Positions 10,194 through 20,007 are shown, numbered from the stretch's first letter. The stretch is 64,000 nucleotides of DNA from Leptonemataceae bacterium (GCA_965227295.1 OZ245742.1:5600001-5664000); one strand, 5' to 3'. The notes: generated from the sequence alone by a model not told the origin. Numbers and translations are program-made.

Positions 10194-11282
10194 TTGATGT
10201 TCGAGGTCGCGCGGCACGGCATTCTTTTCGGCTCCATCTTTCTCTTAATGGCGGGCGGCGGACACCTGCTCCGCCCCGGCAAACTCACAACCAATCGCAT
10301 CCTGACCCTGCTGAGCTGGGACGCTGCGGCCATGCTCCTGCTCATGTACCTGCAAATGAGCGGCGTGCGCTTCGAACCCGGTTTCTGGGACTACCTGTAC
10401 GTGCCGTTGATTTACGTCGGCGGACCGGCCATGTACGTCGTCTTCCGCGCCATGGTGGAAATCGACTACGACCTGCGCCGGGACCTCGGCGTATTCGTGC
10501 TCCCCGTGCTGTTGGTTCCGGCACTGCCTCTGAGCTATGTGATCGCCCCGCACTGGTACGAAACCGGCCCGGTGGAGTACTATCTCGAAGGCAGCGTGAG
10601 TCCGCCGGACATCGCCATCCTTGCCGGACTGATCCTGAACGCGTTCTACTACGTGGCCGCGTATTTCCGCACGCGGGAGATCTTCAGCCTGGAATCGTTG
10701 CGCCGCGATCCGGCGGCGCGCATTCTGCTGAGCATCCTGGTGGGCAGCCTCGTCTTCAACACGGCCATGGCCTACCTGCACGCCACGCGGAACACCGAAG
10801 GCATTGTCGTCACGGCCTTCAGTATTTCCGTCTTCGCGGCTATCACCTTTCTGACGACGCAGACCACGCCGCATCTGTTTCAGGAACTGGGCATCGCCCT
10901 GCGCAAGGCCTACAAGACCACCCGCCTCAGCGGTGTGGACGTGGACAACCTGGAGAAAGATCTGCGTCGGTTAATGGAAGATGACAAACTCTTTCTGAAC
11001 GAAGACTTGAGCGTGAACGACCTGGCCGCGGAGCTGGACATAAAGCCGTACCAGCTTTCGGAGTTCCTGAACGCGCACCTGGAACAAAACTTCGCGCGCT
11101 ACGTAAACGGTTACCGCGTAGAAGAAGCGGCCCGCCTGTTGCTGGAAGATGAGGCCGCATCCATTCTTTCCGTGGCCTTTCGGGTGGGCTTCAACTCCAA
11201 GGCCACGTTCAACCAGGCCTTCAAGGCCGTGAAGGGCCAGTCGCCGCGCGAGTTTCTGAAACAAGAACGCGCCGAATCATGA
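10194..11282 (+). CDS. Membrane-anchored AraC family regulator (paralog of 7855-9036)
   Basis: Collinear with the first copy; near-identical KPYQLSEFLNAHLEQNF and FRVGFNSKATFNQAFK. Confidence 0.88.
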   Translation: MMFEVARHGILFGSIFLLMAGGGHLLRPGKLTTNRILTLLSWDAAAMLLLMYLQMSGVRFEPGFWDYLYVPLIYVGGPAMYVVFRAMVEIDYDLRRDLGVFVLPVLLVPALPLSYVIAPHWYETGPVEYYLEGSVSPPDIAILAGLILNAFYYVAAYFRTREIFSLESLRRDPAARILLSILVGSLVFNTAMAYLHATRNTEGIVVTAFSISVFAAITFLTTQTTPHLFQELGIALRKAYKTTRLSGVDVDNLEKDLRRLMEDDKLFLNEDLSVNDLAAELDIKPYQLSEFLNAHLEQNFARYVNGYRVEEAARLLLEDEAASILSVAFRVGFNSKATFNQAFKAVKGQSPREFLKQERAES

Positions 11283-11311
11283 GGCAGGAGACAGTGTGAC
11301 GATGGCGGTGC

Positions 11312-11926
11312 TCAGTACTGCGCGCCAAACTTCTGCTCCGTGCGAGCTACGGCCGCGGCAAAGTCGTCTTCGGGGAGCAGCTTCGTCTCCACGGGAACGC
11401 CGTCTTCCAGAACACGGAGCACGCGCACGTCGCCGGCGCTCACGCTGTCCACTTCCAGTTCGGCCAGGCTGCCGTCGGCCCGCGGAGTGAAGAATCGGCC
11501 GGGCAGGTCTTTCTTCAGGACGATGTTCCGCACGAGTTCCGCTTCACCGCCGTCACCCTGAAAGATGCGCATTTCCAGGAGTTTGCCGAAGTCGCGGTAC
11601 ACAAAATCCACCCGGGCGCCGTCCACCCGCGCCGTACGCCGGAACTCACCGTTTTCGTCGAAGTCGTTCGCGCTGACCGGGTTCTCGCCGGTCCAGAATT
11701 CGACCGAATTCAGCACGAGCAAATCCGCCAGTATGAAGATCGCCCCGACGATGCCCAGGGGCCAGATGGCGAGGACGAAAAACACGATCCAGCTGACCCA
11801 TTTGTTGCCCAGGCTGCCGATCCATTGAAAGCCCTTTCCCGTCAGGGCAAACGACCCCACACAGCGCGGCAAAGTCGCGTAACCAAGGCAGGCGACCAGG
11901 AGACAGATCAGCAGACGTTTTCCCAT
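11312..11926 (-). CDS. DUF3332-like putative lipoprotein
   Basis: Signal peptide, CVGSFALT, ADLLVLNSVEFWTGENP. Confidence 0.7.
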   Translation of the reverse strand: MGKRLLICLLVACLGYATLPRCVGSFALTGKGFQWIGSLGNKWVSWIVFFVLAIWPLGIVGAIFILADLLVLNSVEFWTGENPVSANDFDENGEFRRTARVDGARVDFVYRDFGKLLEMRIFQGDGGEAELVRNIVLKKDLPGRFFTPRADGSLAELEVDSVSAGDVRVLRVLEDGVPVETKLLPEDDFAAAVARTEQKFGAQY

Positions 11927-12162
11927 CCAGAGAACTCCACGGCGGCATGTTCCGCCTCATTAATATAGAAGAATCGCGTCCGAAGATGTGTCCAGTACGA
12001 TTATGTCGTCTCCCGGATTTGTAAAAAAACCTCCCGTACGGGTAACTTTTTTACAAATTCTACTTGCGCTTCTGTGCGGCGCATAAAAGTATAGTGCAAC
12101 GCACAACAGCAGTGCGGGCGGCTCAGGCCGCAACATAGCACAACTTAAAAGGAAGGCACACA

Positions 12163-12519
12163 ATGAGCGCAATCGAAACCGGAGTACGCAACACCCTCAA
12201 CGCAGGCATCGGCCTGTTCCGCGCGGCGGAAGAGAACCTCGGCAAGCTGGGCGATCAAATCAAGACGGCCCAGGGCAGCCTGGAAACCCTCGACCTCAAC
12301 GCGGAAATTGAGAAAGTGAAAGCTCAAGTCGAAGGCTTCGACTTCAACACGCAAATCACGACCATCCAGAAGCAACTGGAAGACGGTTATGCCGACCTCG
12401 TCAGCAAAGGTGCTGCCGATCAGAGCGAGCTGGTTGTGAATCTGCGCGGCCTCCTCGACCAGGGCATTGCCCAGGTAAAAGAGATTCAGGCCCAGGTAGA
12501 TTCTTACCTGAAAAACTAA
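12163..12519 (+). CDS. Phasin-like helical protein
   Basis: LNAGIGLF...LVSKGAADQSELVVNLRGLLD; amphipathic helices; AAGGAAGG RBS. Confidence 0.65.
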   Translation: MSAIETGVRNTLNAGIGLFRAAEENLGKLGDQIKTAQGSLETLDLNAEIEKVKAQVEGFDFNTQITTIQKQLEDGYADLVSKGAADQSELVVNLRGLLDQGIAQVKEIQAQVDSYLKN

Positions 12520-12558
12520 GTCTTATCCTCCCCGATAAGCGAGTTCATACCGGCGATT

Positions 12559-12596
12559 GCGCCTCCTTCCGGGGGCGCGGCGCCGGGTAATTTTTG
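12559..12596 (+). terminator. Probable intrinsic terminator after the phasin-like gene
   Basis: GCGCCTCC-TTCC-GGGGGCGC hairpin with a T-run shortly after. Confidence 0.5.
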
Positions 12597-12632
12597 TACT
12601 TCCGCAAACCCGCGCCCGTCGGCCTACGAACT

Positions 12633-13523
12633 GGCTACGGCTTTGCGGGAGTTGTGGATTTTCGTTTTGTTAAGAATGTTGCGTTCGACCCGGACGCCGG
12701 TTGTGCGACTCAGCTACCGGAGCGATTCTTGCGGCGAAGACGCCGTTCCGGTGCGCCTTACCATGCTCCCCGGCATGAACTCCGTTCATCTGCTGGAACC
12801 AGCCGTACCCAAAAAAGTCTTAATGCAAACTGACCGCCACTTACACCACGATTCGGGGCGTCCGCGAGCTGTCCGAGCGTTTCCGGTAATCCAAGAGCTG
12901 CGGTTCGTTGCGTTTGCCGTGAAAAAAAGGGAGTAAGTCGCCAAACTTTGAAGGGGATCATTTGGCTACGGCTGAGCGGGAGTTGTGGAATTTCGTTTTG
13001 CTAACATCGTCCGCATCGACCCGGACGTTGGTTTGTGACTCAGCTATCGCGAACCACTGCAACGTTTCTTGCGATGAAGACGCCGTTCCGGTGCGCCTTA
13101 CCATGCTCCCCGGCATGAACTCCGTTCATCTGCTGGAACCAGCCGTACCCATACAAGGCTTAATGTACACTGGCCGCTACTTACACCACGATCCGGGGCG
13201 TGTTCGAACGACCAAAGGGTTTCCGGTAGTTCAAGAGCTGTGGCTCGCTGCGTTTGCCGTGAAAAAAAGGGAGTAAGTCGCCAAACTTTGAAGGGGATCA
13301 TTTGGCTACGGCTGAGCGGGAGTTGTGGAATTTCGTTTTGCTAACATCGTCCGCATCGACCCGGACGTTGGTTTGTGACTCAGCTATCGCGAACCACTGC
13401 AACGTTTCTTGCGATGAAGACGCCGTTCCGGTGCGCCTTACCACATTCCCCGGCATGACCTCCGTTCATCTGCTGGAACCAGCCGTTCCCGTAAATCCCA
13501 AACCAAACTGACCGCTACTTACT
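12633..13523 (+). repeat. Tandem array of a ~331-340-bp structured repeat (2 full units and 1 partial)
   Basis: Units start with GGCTACGGCT at 12633, 12964 and 13304 and share long identical blocks such as GAAGACGCCGTTCCGGTGCGCCTTACCA. Confidence 0.95.
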
Positions 13524-13589
13524 TCAAGGTTCGCGGCTGCGCTGTTTTTTCATCGCATGTTCAAAAAAAGAGTCGCCTCCGCCCACTAG

Positions 13590-13608
13590 TGTAATCATCT
13601 TGATTACA
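13590..13608. promoter_or_regulatory. Palindromic operator upstream of the YceI gene
   Basis: Perfect inverted repeat TGTAATCA-tct-TGATTACA, 43 bp before the ATG. Confidence 0.6.
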
Positions 13609-13651
13609 ATTACACCAAACCGGCACAGACCGGTACATCAAGAGGCAACAC

Positions 13652-14302
13652 ATGAATCTTTACAAATCCATGATCGCGACGTTCGTAATCGCCGGTTTCG
13701 TGGCCTGCGGCGGTGAGTCGAAAGACCAGGCTGCTCCCGTGAAGCTGGAAGACCCGGCCGATCTCAGCACGGCATCCGAGGTCTACACCCTGGAGTCCGG
13801 CGAGGTCGTCTGGACCGGCTCGAAGCTCTACGAAACCAGCTCACACAGCGGCACCGTCGCGGTAAAGTCCGCGAAACTCGGCCTGAACGACGGCGCCCCC
13901 GTCGCCGGCAGCTTCGCCATCGATATGACCACGATCAAGAACACCGATCTGGAAGATCCGGAACTGAACGCGAAACTCGTCGGCCACCTCAAGAACGACG
14001 ACTTCTTCGCCGTCGACAAATACCCCACCGCGAACTTCGAGATCGTTTCGGTCAGCGGCTCCGGCGATAGCTACACGGTCACCGGGAATCTTACCATCAA
14101 AGACACGACCCTGCCCGTCACCGCGCCGGCTACGTTTGCCGTAGACGGTGACACCGTCACCGGCACCGCCGACTTCACCCTGGATCGTACCGAGTTCGGC
14201 GTACGCTACGGTTCGGAAAAGGTCTTCACCGACCTGGCTCAGGACAAAGTCATCGACGACAAAATCAATCTGAAAGTGGACCTCAAGCTCAAGAAGGGCT
14301 GA
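13652..14302 (+). CDS. YceI family lipid/polyisoprenoid-binding lipoprotein
   Basis: Lipobox FVAC; VVWTGSK, HSGTV, LVGHLKNDDFFAVDKYPTANF, GNLTIKD, LDRTEFGVRYGS. Confidence 0.92.
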   Translation: MNLYKSMIATFVIAGFVACGGESKDQAAPVKLEDPADLSTASEVYTLESGEVVWTGSKLYETSSHSGTVAVKSAKLGLNDGAPVAGSFAIDMTTIKNTDLEDPELNAKLVGHLKNDDFFAVDKYPTANFEIVSVSGSGDSYTVTGNLTIKDTTLPVTAPATFAVDGDTVTGTADFTLDRTEFGVRYGSEKVFTDLAQDKVIDDKINLKVDLKLKKG

Positions 14303-14312
14303 TCTGATTGAA

Positions 14313-14357
14313 GCGCACTCCCCGGCGAGGTTGAAAATAACATACCGGGGAGTGTGT
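14313..14357 (+). terminator. Stem-loop after yceI-like gene
   Basis: CACTCCCCGG...CCGGGGAGTG 10-bp inverted repeat; no clear T-tail. Confidence 0.4.
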
Positions 14358-14488
14358 TGGCCTTAAACCACATCAGATCTTGTAAAAAAATGTTGGCAAA
14401 CATTTCCCATGTGACATAATATGCTCGGAGATTGGCTACGTCGACTGTCTCCGGGTTTTCATTGACAGAGCGGGCTTCCGGGTATTCT

Positions 14489-14743
14489 ATGCCTGCTGTT
14501 GAAAAACTGACCGATGAATTTACCATGAATCCCGAAGAAGAAACAATCCCTGAGCTAACCTATGACTATGAGTCAGTGCAAACCGGAATTGATTCAGTTC
14601 TGGATCTTGAGAAGAATGAGTCAGAACGTCACAACCCGTTCGACATTCTGAAAGCGACTCCAGGTCTTTCACAGCTCGTTGAAAGCGAAGCCAGGCTCCA
14701 ATCGCAGCTTCTCGGCAGCGCAGGGCCGGAACTAAATCGGTGA
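14489..14743 (+). CDS. Hypothetical acidic protein
   Basis: ORF in a low-GC patch; its stop overlaps the next start (GTGA); start uncertain. Confidence 0.45.
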   Translation: MPAVEKLTDEFTMNPEEETIPELTYDYESVQTGIDSVLDLEKNESERHNPFDILKATPGLSQLVESEARLQSQLLGSAGPELNR

Positions 14744-15129
14744 CATCGGAAGACGAACGCGCCTACCACGATGCGCGGACTGACCTCGACCGAGTCGTGG
14801 TGGAAGCAACCAAGTCCGCCCGGAATGCAATACAACGCATAGCGCACCTTAGAGCGCAAATACATCTAAAACTTATTCAGGAATGGATCAAACACTATAA
14901 CGGTGTTTTGATACCGAATATGCTGGATGCCCTCTATCTGCCCGAAACGAAATACCGCCTCGGGCAGGCTACACATAGCTACTACCAGTATGTTTTTTTG
15001 TATCGTCTCCTCAACGGATTGACGCCCTTCCGAATGTTCCTTGAGCCCGAGCATCGAAATATGCTACGTATCTTGAATACAATCGGTGATCGACTCAATG
15101 TTGGCAGCGATTGGGACCCGGCTCCTTAG
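14740..15129 (+). CDS. Hypothetical protein
   Basis: 129-aa ORF in AT-richer DNA, coupled to the upstream ORF. Confidence 0.5.
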   Translation: MTSEDERAYHDARTDLDRVVVEATKSARNAIQRIAHLRAQIHLKLIQEWIKHYNGVLIPNMLDALYLPETKYRLGQATHSYYQYVFLYRLLNGLTPFRMFLEPEHRNMLRILNTIGDRLNVGSDWDPAP

Positions 15130-15158
15130 CACATGGAGTCTGCCGAAGCCGTAACGCA

Positions 15159-16001
15159 ATGAGCCCGACCCTCAGCGCCACGATCATCACGTACAACGAA
15201 GAACGGCAGATCGCCCGCTGCATTGAGTCCGTCCACAATTGGTGCGACGAAGTATTGATCCTGGACTCCCACTCCACGGACCGCACCAGAGAAATCGCCG
15301 AAGCGTATCCCAAAGTCAAATTCCTGGCCCACGACTTCGACGGCCACGTACAACAAAAGAACCGCGCCATCGATCACGCGAGCGGCGAATGGATCTTTTC
15401 CCTGGACGCCGACGAGGAGGCCTCGCCCGAGCTGGCCGCGGCGGTGCGCGAATTCATTGCGAAGAACCCGCAGGCCCAGGGGGCACGCATTCGGCGAGTG
15501 ACCTGGCACCTGGGGCGTTTCGTACGTTACGGCGGCTGGACCCACGCGCGGCATCGCCTGGTGCGTAAGGGCGAAGGCCGCTGGGGCGGCGAGAACCCGC
15601 ACGACCAGGTCTATCTGCGCGGCCGGCCGCTGTGGAAACGCAACATGGGCCGCGTGTTAAAAGGCCACCTCATCCACTATTCGTTCCGCGATCTCTCGGA
15701 TCAGGTAAACACCATCAACAAGTTCTCAAGCATCGTTGCCTTCACCCGTTCCGAACGCGGCACGCGCGCCTCGTTGTTCAAGATGCTCGGCAAACCCTTT
15801 TCGAAATTCCTGGAACTCTATGTACTGAAGCTCGGTTTCCTCGACGGCATGCCCGGTTTCATCATCGCCGTTTCCAGTTCGTATGCCACGTTCTTACGCT
15901 GGGCAAAACTCTACGAACTGAAGCACACCGGCCTCGAACGTCCCTCTAACTTACGCGCGGACTACAGCGTCGACCGAGCTCCGTACCGGGGAGAGACCTG
16001 A
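15159..16001 (+). CDS. Glycosyltransferase family 2 (WaaE/KdtX-like LPS glucosyltransferase)
   Basis: IITYNEE, DSHSTDRT, WIFSLDADE, GFLDGMPGFIIA. Confidence 0.9.
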   Translation: MSPTLSATIITYNEERQIARCIESVHNWCDEVLILDSHSTDRTREIAEAYPKVKFLAHDFDGHVQQKNRAIDHASGEWIFSLDADEEASPELAAAVREFIAKNPQAQGARIRRVTWHLGRFVRYGGWTHARHRLVRKGEGRWGGENPHDQVYLRGRPLWKRNMGRVLKGHLIHYSFRDLSDQVNTINKFSSIVAFTRSERGTRASLFKMLGKPFSKFLELYVLKLGFLDGMPGFIIAVSSSYATFLRWAKLYELKHTGLERPSNLRADYSVDRAPYRGET

Positions 16002-16870
16002 TGGCATCTCCTGCGACCCCGGGCAAACGCGTGCCGGGCCTTTCCGGCGTCATCATCACGAAGAACGAGGCCGAACGCATTGCCGATTGCATCGACTCCC
16101 TCGCCGATCTCTGCGAGGAGATTCTGGTTCTGGACTCCGGTTCCACCGACGACACACGTACGATCTGCGCCCGGTACAACAACGTGCGTTTTGTGACGCG
16201 CAACTTCGACGGCTACGCCCGGCAAAAAAATCATGCCCTGGAAATTGCAAAGGGGCCCTGGCTCTTCTGCCTGGACGCGGACGAACGCATCACTCCGGAC
16301 CTCGCCGAAGCCGTGCGCATCTTTCTCGCGCGGGACGACGTTCGTAACGGCCATACATCCGTTGTGGGCGCGAAGTTCATCCGGCTCACGTACCACCTGG
16401 GCGCTTACATTCGTCACAGCGGCTGGAATCACTACCGCTATCGCCTGGTCAAACAGGGGGCCGTGGAATGGCGCGGGGTTTCGGGACTGCAACTGCACGA
16501 ACTTCTGTATCCCGTCGGCCGGGACTGGGATTCGCGGTCGGGCCTCGCCCTGGGCGGCGAGATCATCCATTACTCGAAGACCGATCTTTCGAACCAGGTG
16601 GACACGATCAACACTTACTCCTCCATCTACGCCTACCAGCGTTACAAACGCAAACCAAAGCAAAGTTACTTTTTTCGAATGTTAACAAAGCCGCCCGTGA
16701 AATTCCTGGAGATCTTCATTTTCAAGCGCGGTTTTCTGGACGGAAGCCGGGGCTTTCTCATTGCCGTGTCCAGCGCCTACAGCACGTTCTTACGCTGGGC
16801 CAAAATCTACGAGCTGCGCCGCACCGGACTCGCGCGACCTTCGAATCTTCCCGGGTACATCGAAGAATGA
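16001..16870 (+). CDS. Glycosyltransferase family 2 (tandem paralog)
   Basis: IITKNEA, DSGSTDDT, WLFCLDADE, GFLDGSRGFLIA; stop/start overlap. Confidence 0.9.
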   Translation: MASPATPGKRVPGLSGVIITKNEAERIADCIDSLADLCEEILVLDSGSTDDTRTICARYNNVRFVTRNFDGYARQKNHALEIAKGPWLFCLDADERITPDLAEAVRIFLARDDVRNGHTSVVGAKFIRLTYHLGAYIRHSGWNHYRYRLVKQGAVEWRGVSGLQLHELLYPVGRDWDSRSGLALGGEIIHYSKTDLSNQVDTINTYSSIYAYQRYKRKPKQSYFFRMLTKPPVKFLEIFIFKRGFLDGSRGFLIAVSSAYSTFLRWAKIYELRRTGLARPSNLPGYIEE

Positions 16871-17907
16871 CGCCTGTTCCGGAAAGCGTACTCGTCATAC
16901 GTTTCAGCGCCGTGGGGGACATCCTGCTTACGGCGCCGGCGCTGGAGGCATTGCGCGGCGCCTGGCCGGACTGCCGCATCATCTACGGCTGCAAAGAGAG
17001 CATGACCGAACTCATCGAGCACCATCCCTGCGTGGATGAGATCGTACCGTTGACGAAGACCGAGGGCGTGCACAGTTACGCGGCGAAGCTTGTCGCCGCG
17101 AAACCCCAGGCCGTCCTCGACCTGCACGATAAGATCCGCTCCCGTCTGCTGCGTTTTCACTTACGCGGGCGACAGCATGTGGTCTGGCGCAATCGTTCGC
17201 TCATCGAAGACCTGCTGGTAAACCTGCACTTAAAAAAGTACCGCGCCGATCGTCCCATCGCCGCGCGTTATCATGAAGCCGTGGAACGCCTGGTAGGTCG
17301 CACCCTTGCGCCGGGCTCTCTGCGTTTTTATCCCGGCGACGAAGCCCGCGCCCACGCCGTGGAAATCCTGGAGCGGGCCGGCGTGAATCGCAAGCGGCCC
17401 ATGATCGGTGTCGCTCCGGGCGCCGCCTGGCCGACCAAGCGTTGGACGCCCGAGGGCTTTCGCGAAATCGTCCGCCGCATTAGTGACGAAGGCTATCAAG
17501 TTCTGCTGAACGGCGGGCCGGCGGAGTGGCTCATCTCGCGCAAAATCGCCGAAGGCCTGGCCGGCGTCTTTGATTTCACCGGCGTGTCTCTCGGTGTGAT
17601 GGGCGGCGTCCTCGAACACTGCGCGGCCTTTCTCGCGAACGACAGCGGGGCCATGCACATGGCCCGTGGTCTCGGCGTGCCGACGCTGACGATCTTCGGC
17701 TCCACGGACCCCGGCATGTTTGAATGGAACGAGGCCCATCGCTTCGTGCGCGTCGACGGTCTCGGTTGTTCACCGTGTTCGTTTTACGGTCGATCGCGTT
17801 GTCCGCGGAGTCATCTGCGATGTTTAAACGACATTACCGCGGATATGGTGTGGGAGCAGTTGCAGTTGGTGTTGCGGCAGAAGGAACGCGTGTTCGTAAG
17901 TGGGTGA
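16867..17907 (+). CDS. Glycosyltransferase family 9 (LPS heptosyltransferase-like)
   Basis: IRFSAVGDILL, PGAAWPTKRW, NDSGAMHMA, IFGSTDP; ATGA overlap with upstream gene. Confidence 0.9.
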   Translation: MTPVPESVLVIRFSAVGDILLTAPALEALRGAWPDCRIIYGCKESMTELIEHHPCVDEIVPLTKTEGVHSYAAKLVAAKPQAVLDLHDKIRSRLLRFHLRGRQHVVWRNRSLIEDLLVNLHLKKYRADRPIAARYHEAVERLVGRTLAPGSLRFYPGDEARAHAVEILERAGVNRKRPMIGVAPGAAWPTKRWTPEGFREIVRRISDEGYQVLLNGGPAEWLISRKIAEGLAGVFDFTGVSLGVMGGVLEHCAAFLANDSGAMHMARGLGVPTLTIFGSTDPGMFEWNEAHRFVRVDGLGCSPCSFYGRSRCPRSHLRCLNDITADMVWEQLQLVLRQKERVFVSG

Positions 17908-18004
17908 TGAATCGTTTGCTTCGCGCCATGCTCCGCATACCTCACGCGAAGAATCTTCTTGATATTGTGCTTGCCCGCTTTCCGTGTGTCTGCCACTCTG
18001 CGGC

Positions 18005-18238
18005 ATGGCCGATGAAGAAATAGCCGCCCTCAATCAAATCACCGCGATCATCGACGAGAAGGCCGCGAAGTACAAAGACGAACGTCATCACATGCCGCGG
18101 GCCCGCGCGGTGGCCGAAAAAGAAGCACTGCTGAAACTCATCGACGACGGCCTGAGCCTGGCCCAGAACATTCAGCCGAAACCCATCAGCCTCATTGACG
18201 ACTTCAAACGATTGAGCCGCGAACTCGGCCGCATGTAA
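18005..18238 (+). CDS. Small helical hypothetical protein
   Basis: Host-like codon usage, fills the gap before purK. Confidence 0.65.
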   Translation: MADEEIAALNQITAIIDEKAAKYKDERHHMPRARAVAEKEALLKLIDDGLSLAQNIQPKPISLIDDFKRLSRELGRM

Positions 18239-18255
18239 TCACGAACGGGGCCGCC

Positions 18256-19473
18256 GTGAAAGCACCGGACGACATCATGCGCCAGCGCCACAACCACCGC
18301 ATCGGTGTTCTCGGCGGCGGCCAGCTCGGCCGCATGATGATCCCGCCGGCCCTGCGCCTCAACGTTCCCCTCGCCTTCCTCGATCCGGACCCGGACGCCC
18401 CCTGCCGCACGAGCAGCCCGTTCTTCGAGGTCGGAGATCTAAACGATGAAAACACCGTCTACGACTTCGGTTGCCGCCACGACATCGTAACCATCGAAAT
18501 CGAACACGTAAACACGAACGCCCTCCGGCGTCTCAGCGAGGACGGCGTAGTGGTCCGCCCGTCCGCGGATATCGTTAGCCTCGTACAGGATAAACTTACG
18601 CAAAAGATTTTTTACCGTGAACGCAATCTGCCCACGGCGGACTTCGTCGCCCTGAACAACGCGGCGGAAGTGCAAAACCAGCGCGATACGTTCTCCTTTC
18701 CGTGCATCCACAAGTTGCGCCGCGGCGGCTACGACGGCCGCGGCGTACAAAAGCTCGAGTCCGCGGACGATCCGGCGGCGGCGAACTTCGACGCACCGTC
18801 GTTCCTCGAACAGCTGATCCCCTTCGAAAAAGAAATCGCCGTGCAGGTCAGCCGCAACGCCGCCGGCAAAATCGCCGTCTATCCGCCGGTGGAGATGGAG
18901 TTCCATCCCGAAGCGAACCTGGTCGAACTCCTGTTCGCCCCGGCAGGTATTTCCGCGGGCTGCGCCAAACGCGCGACGGAACTCGCCCGCGACCTGGCCG
19001 AGGCGCTGCAACTCGAAGGGATCCTGGCCGTGGAGATGTTCGTCGTCGGCGACGCCGAAGACGTGCTCATCAACGAAATTGCACCGCGCCCGCACAACAG
19101 CGGCCATCATACCATCGAAGCGTGCGCCGTGTCGCAATTCGAACAACACCTGCGTGCAATCCTGAATCTGCCTCCCGGCGACACCGGCCTCCTGGTGCCC
19201 GCCGCGGCCATGGCGAATTTGCTCGGGGCCGCGGAACTCAAGCCTGCCGAAGAACGAGCGGGCCGCGGGCTCAGCGGCCCGGCAATCTACGACGGCCTGG
19301 AAAAAATCCTTGCGACCCGGTCTGCGTTCGTCCATCTCTACGGCAAGCCGCAAACACGGCCCATGCGCAAAATGGGGCACATCACGACGACGGCGGCGGA
19401 TGCGGACGCCGCCCGGGAACTTGCCCGCAACTGCCGGGCGGCCCTGCGCATCACCTCCGCGCCGAAATCATAA
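18256..19473 (+). CDS. purK: N5-carboxyaminoimidazole ribonucleotide synthase
   Basis: IGVLGGGQLGRM, GGYDGRG, NEIAPRPHNSGH, HLYGK..RPMRKMGH. Confidence 0.96.
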   Translation: MKAPDDIMRQRHNHRIGVLGGGQLGRMMIPPALRLNVPLAFLDPDPDAPCRTSSPFFEVGDLNDENTVYDFGCRHDIVTIEIEHVNTNALRRLSEDGVVVRPSADIVSLVQDKLTQKIFYRERNLPTADFVALNNAAEVQNQRDTFSFPCIHKLRRGGYDGRGVQKLESADDPAAANFDAPSFLEQLIPFEKEIAVQVSRNAAGKIAVYPPVEMEFHPEANLVELLFAPAGISAGCAKRATELARDLAEALQLEGILAVEMFVVGDAEDVLINEIAPRPHNSGHHTIEACAVSQFEQHLRAILNLPPGDTGLLVPAAAMANLLGAAELKPAEERAGRGLSGPAIYDGLEKILATRSAFVHLYGKPQTRPMRKMGHITTTAADADAARELARNCRAALRITSAPKS

Positions 19474-19506
19474 GCACATCTTGCTAATAGCTAACCAGAG
19501 ATTATT

Positions 19507-20007
19507 ATGAGCGAATCCATTCCCCGCGTGGGCATCATCATGGGCAGCAAGTCCGACCTTCCCGTCATGGCGGAGGCCGCGGCGCCGCTCAAGGACTTCG
19601 GCGTGCCGTACGAAATCACCGTGGTCTCGGCGCACCGTACCCCGGAGCGCATGTTCGAGTACGCGAAGAACGCGCGTTCGCGGGGCCTCGGCGTCATCAT
19701 CGCCGGGGCCGGCGGGGCCGCGCATCTGCCGGGCATGGTGGCCGCGCTCACCCCGTTGCCGGTCATCGGCGTGCCGGTAAAGTCTTCGAACTCCATCGAC
19801 GGCTGGGATTCGATTCTCTCCATTTTACAGATGCCCGGCGGCGTACCGGTGGCCACGGTGGCGCTGAACCAGGCGAAGAACGCCGGCCTGCTGGCCGCCC
19901 GCATCCTGGGCACCGCCGATCCGAAACTCCTGGACGAAACGGAAAAGTTCATGGAGGCCCAGCGTAAAAAAGTCGAAGCGCAGATCCAGGAATTGGAAAA
20001 CGGCTGA
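19507..20007 (+). CDS. purE: N5-CAIR mutase
   Basis: [36 protein letters not shown]. Confidence 0.98.
   Translation: MSESIPRVGIIMGSKSDLPVMAEAAAPLKDFGVPYEITVVSAHRTPERMFEYAKNARSRGLGVIIAGAGGAAHLPGMVAALTPLPVIGVPVKSSNSIDGWDSILSILQMPGGVPVATVALNQAKNAGLLAARILGTADPKLLDETEKFMEAQRKKVEAQIQELENG

Noticed and set aside
9353..10984. 543-aa ORF as a single gene
   Set aside because: Chimeric reading: a hydrolase pseudogene fragment running on in an alternative frame over the second AraC gene
12643..13511. Three similar small ORFs (97, 104, 69 aa) inside the repeats
   Set aside because: TTG starts, a local frame change between copies, and no equivalent ORF in the 40.7 kb copy; variation tracks base pairing rather than codons. 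Coding is not fully excluded
12633..13523. CRISPR array interpretation of the tandem repeat
   Set aside because: Units are ~340 bp with no short repeat/unique spacer alternation, and no cas genes are in the window
15159..17907. Tandem GT2 paralogs plus GT9 as a novel system
   Set aside because: Ordinary LPS core biosynthesis operon with a simple duplication
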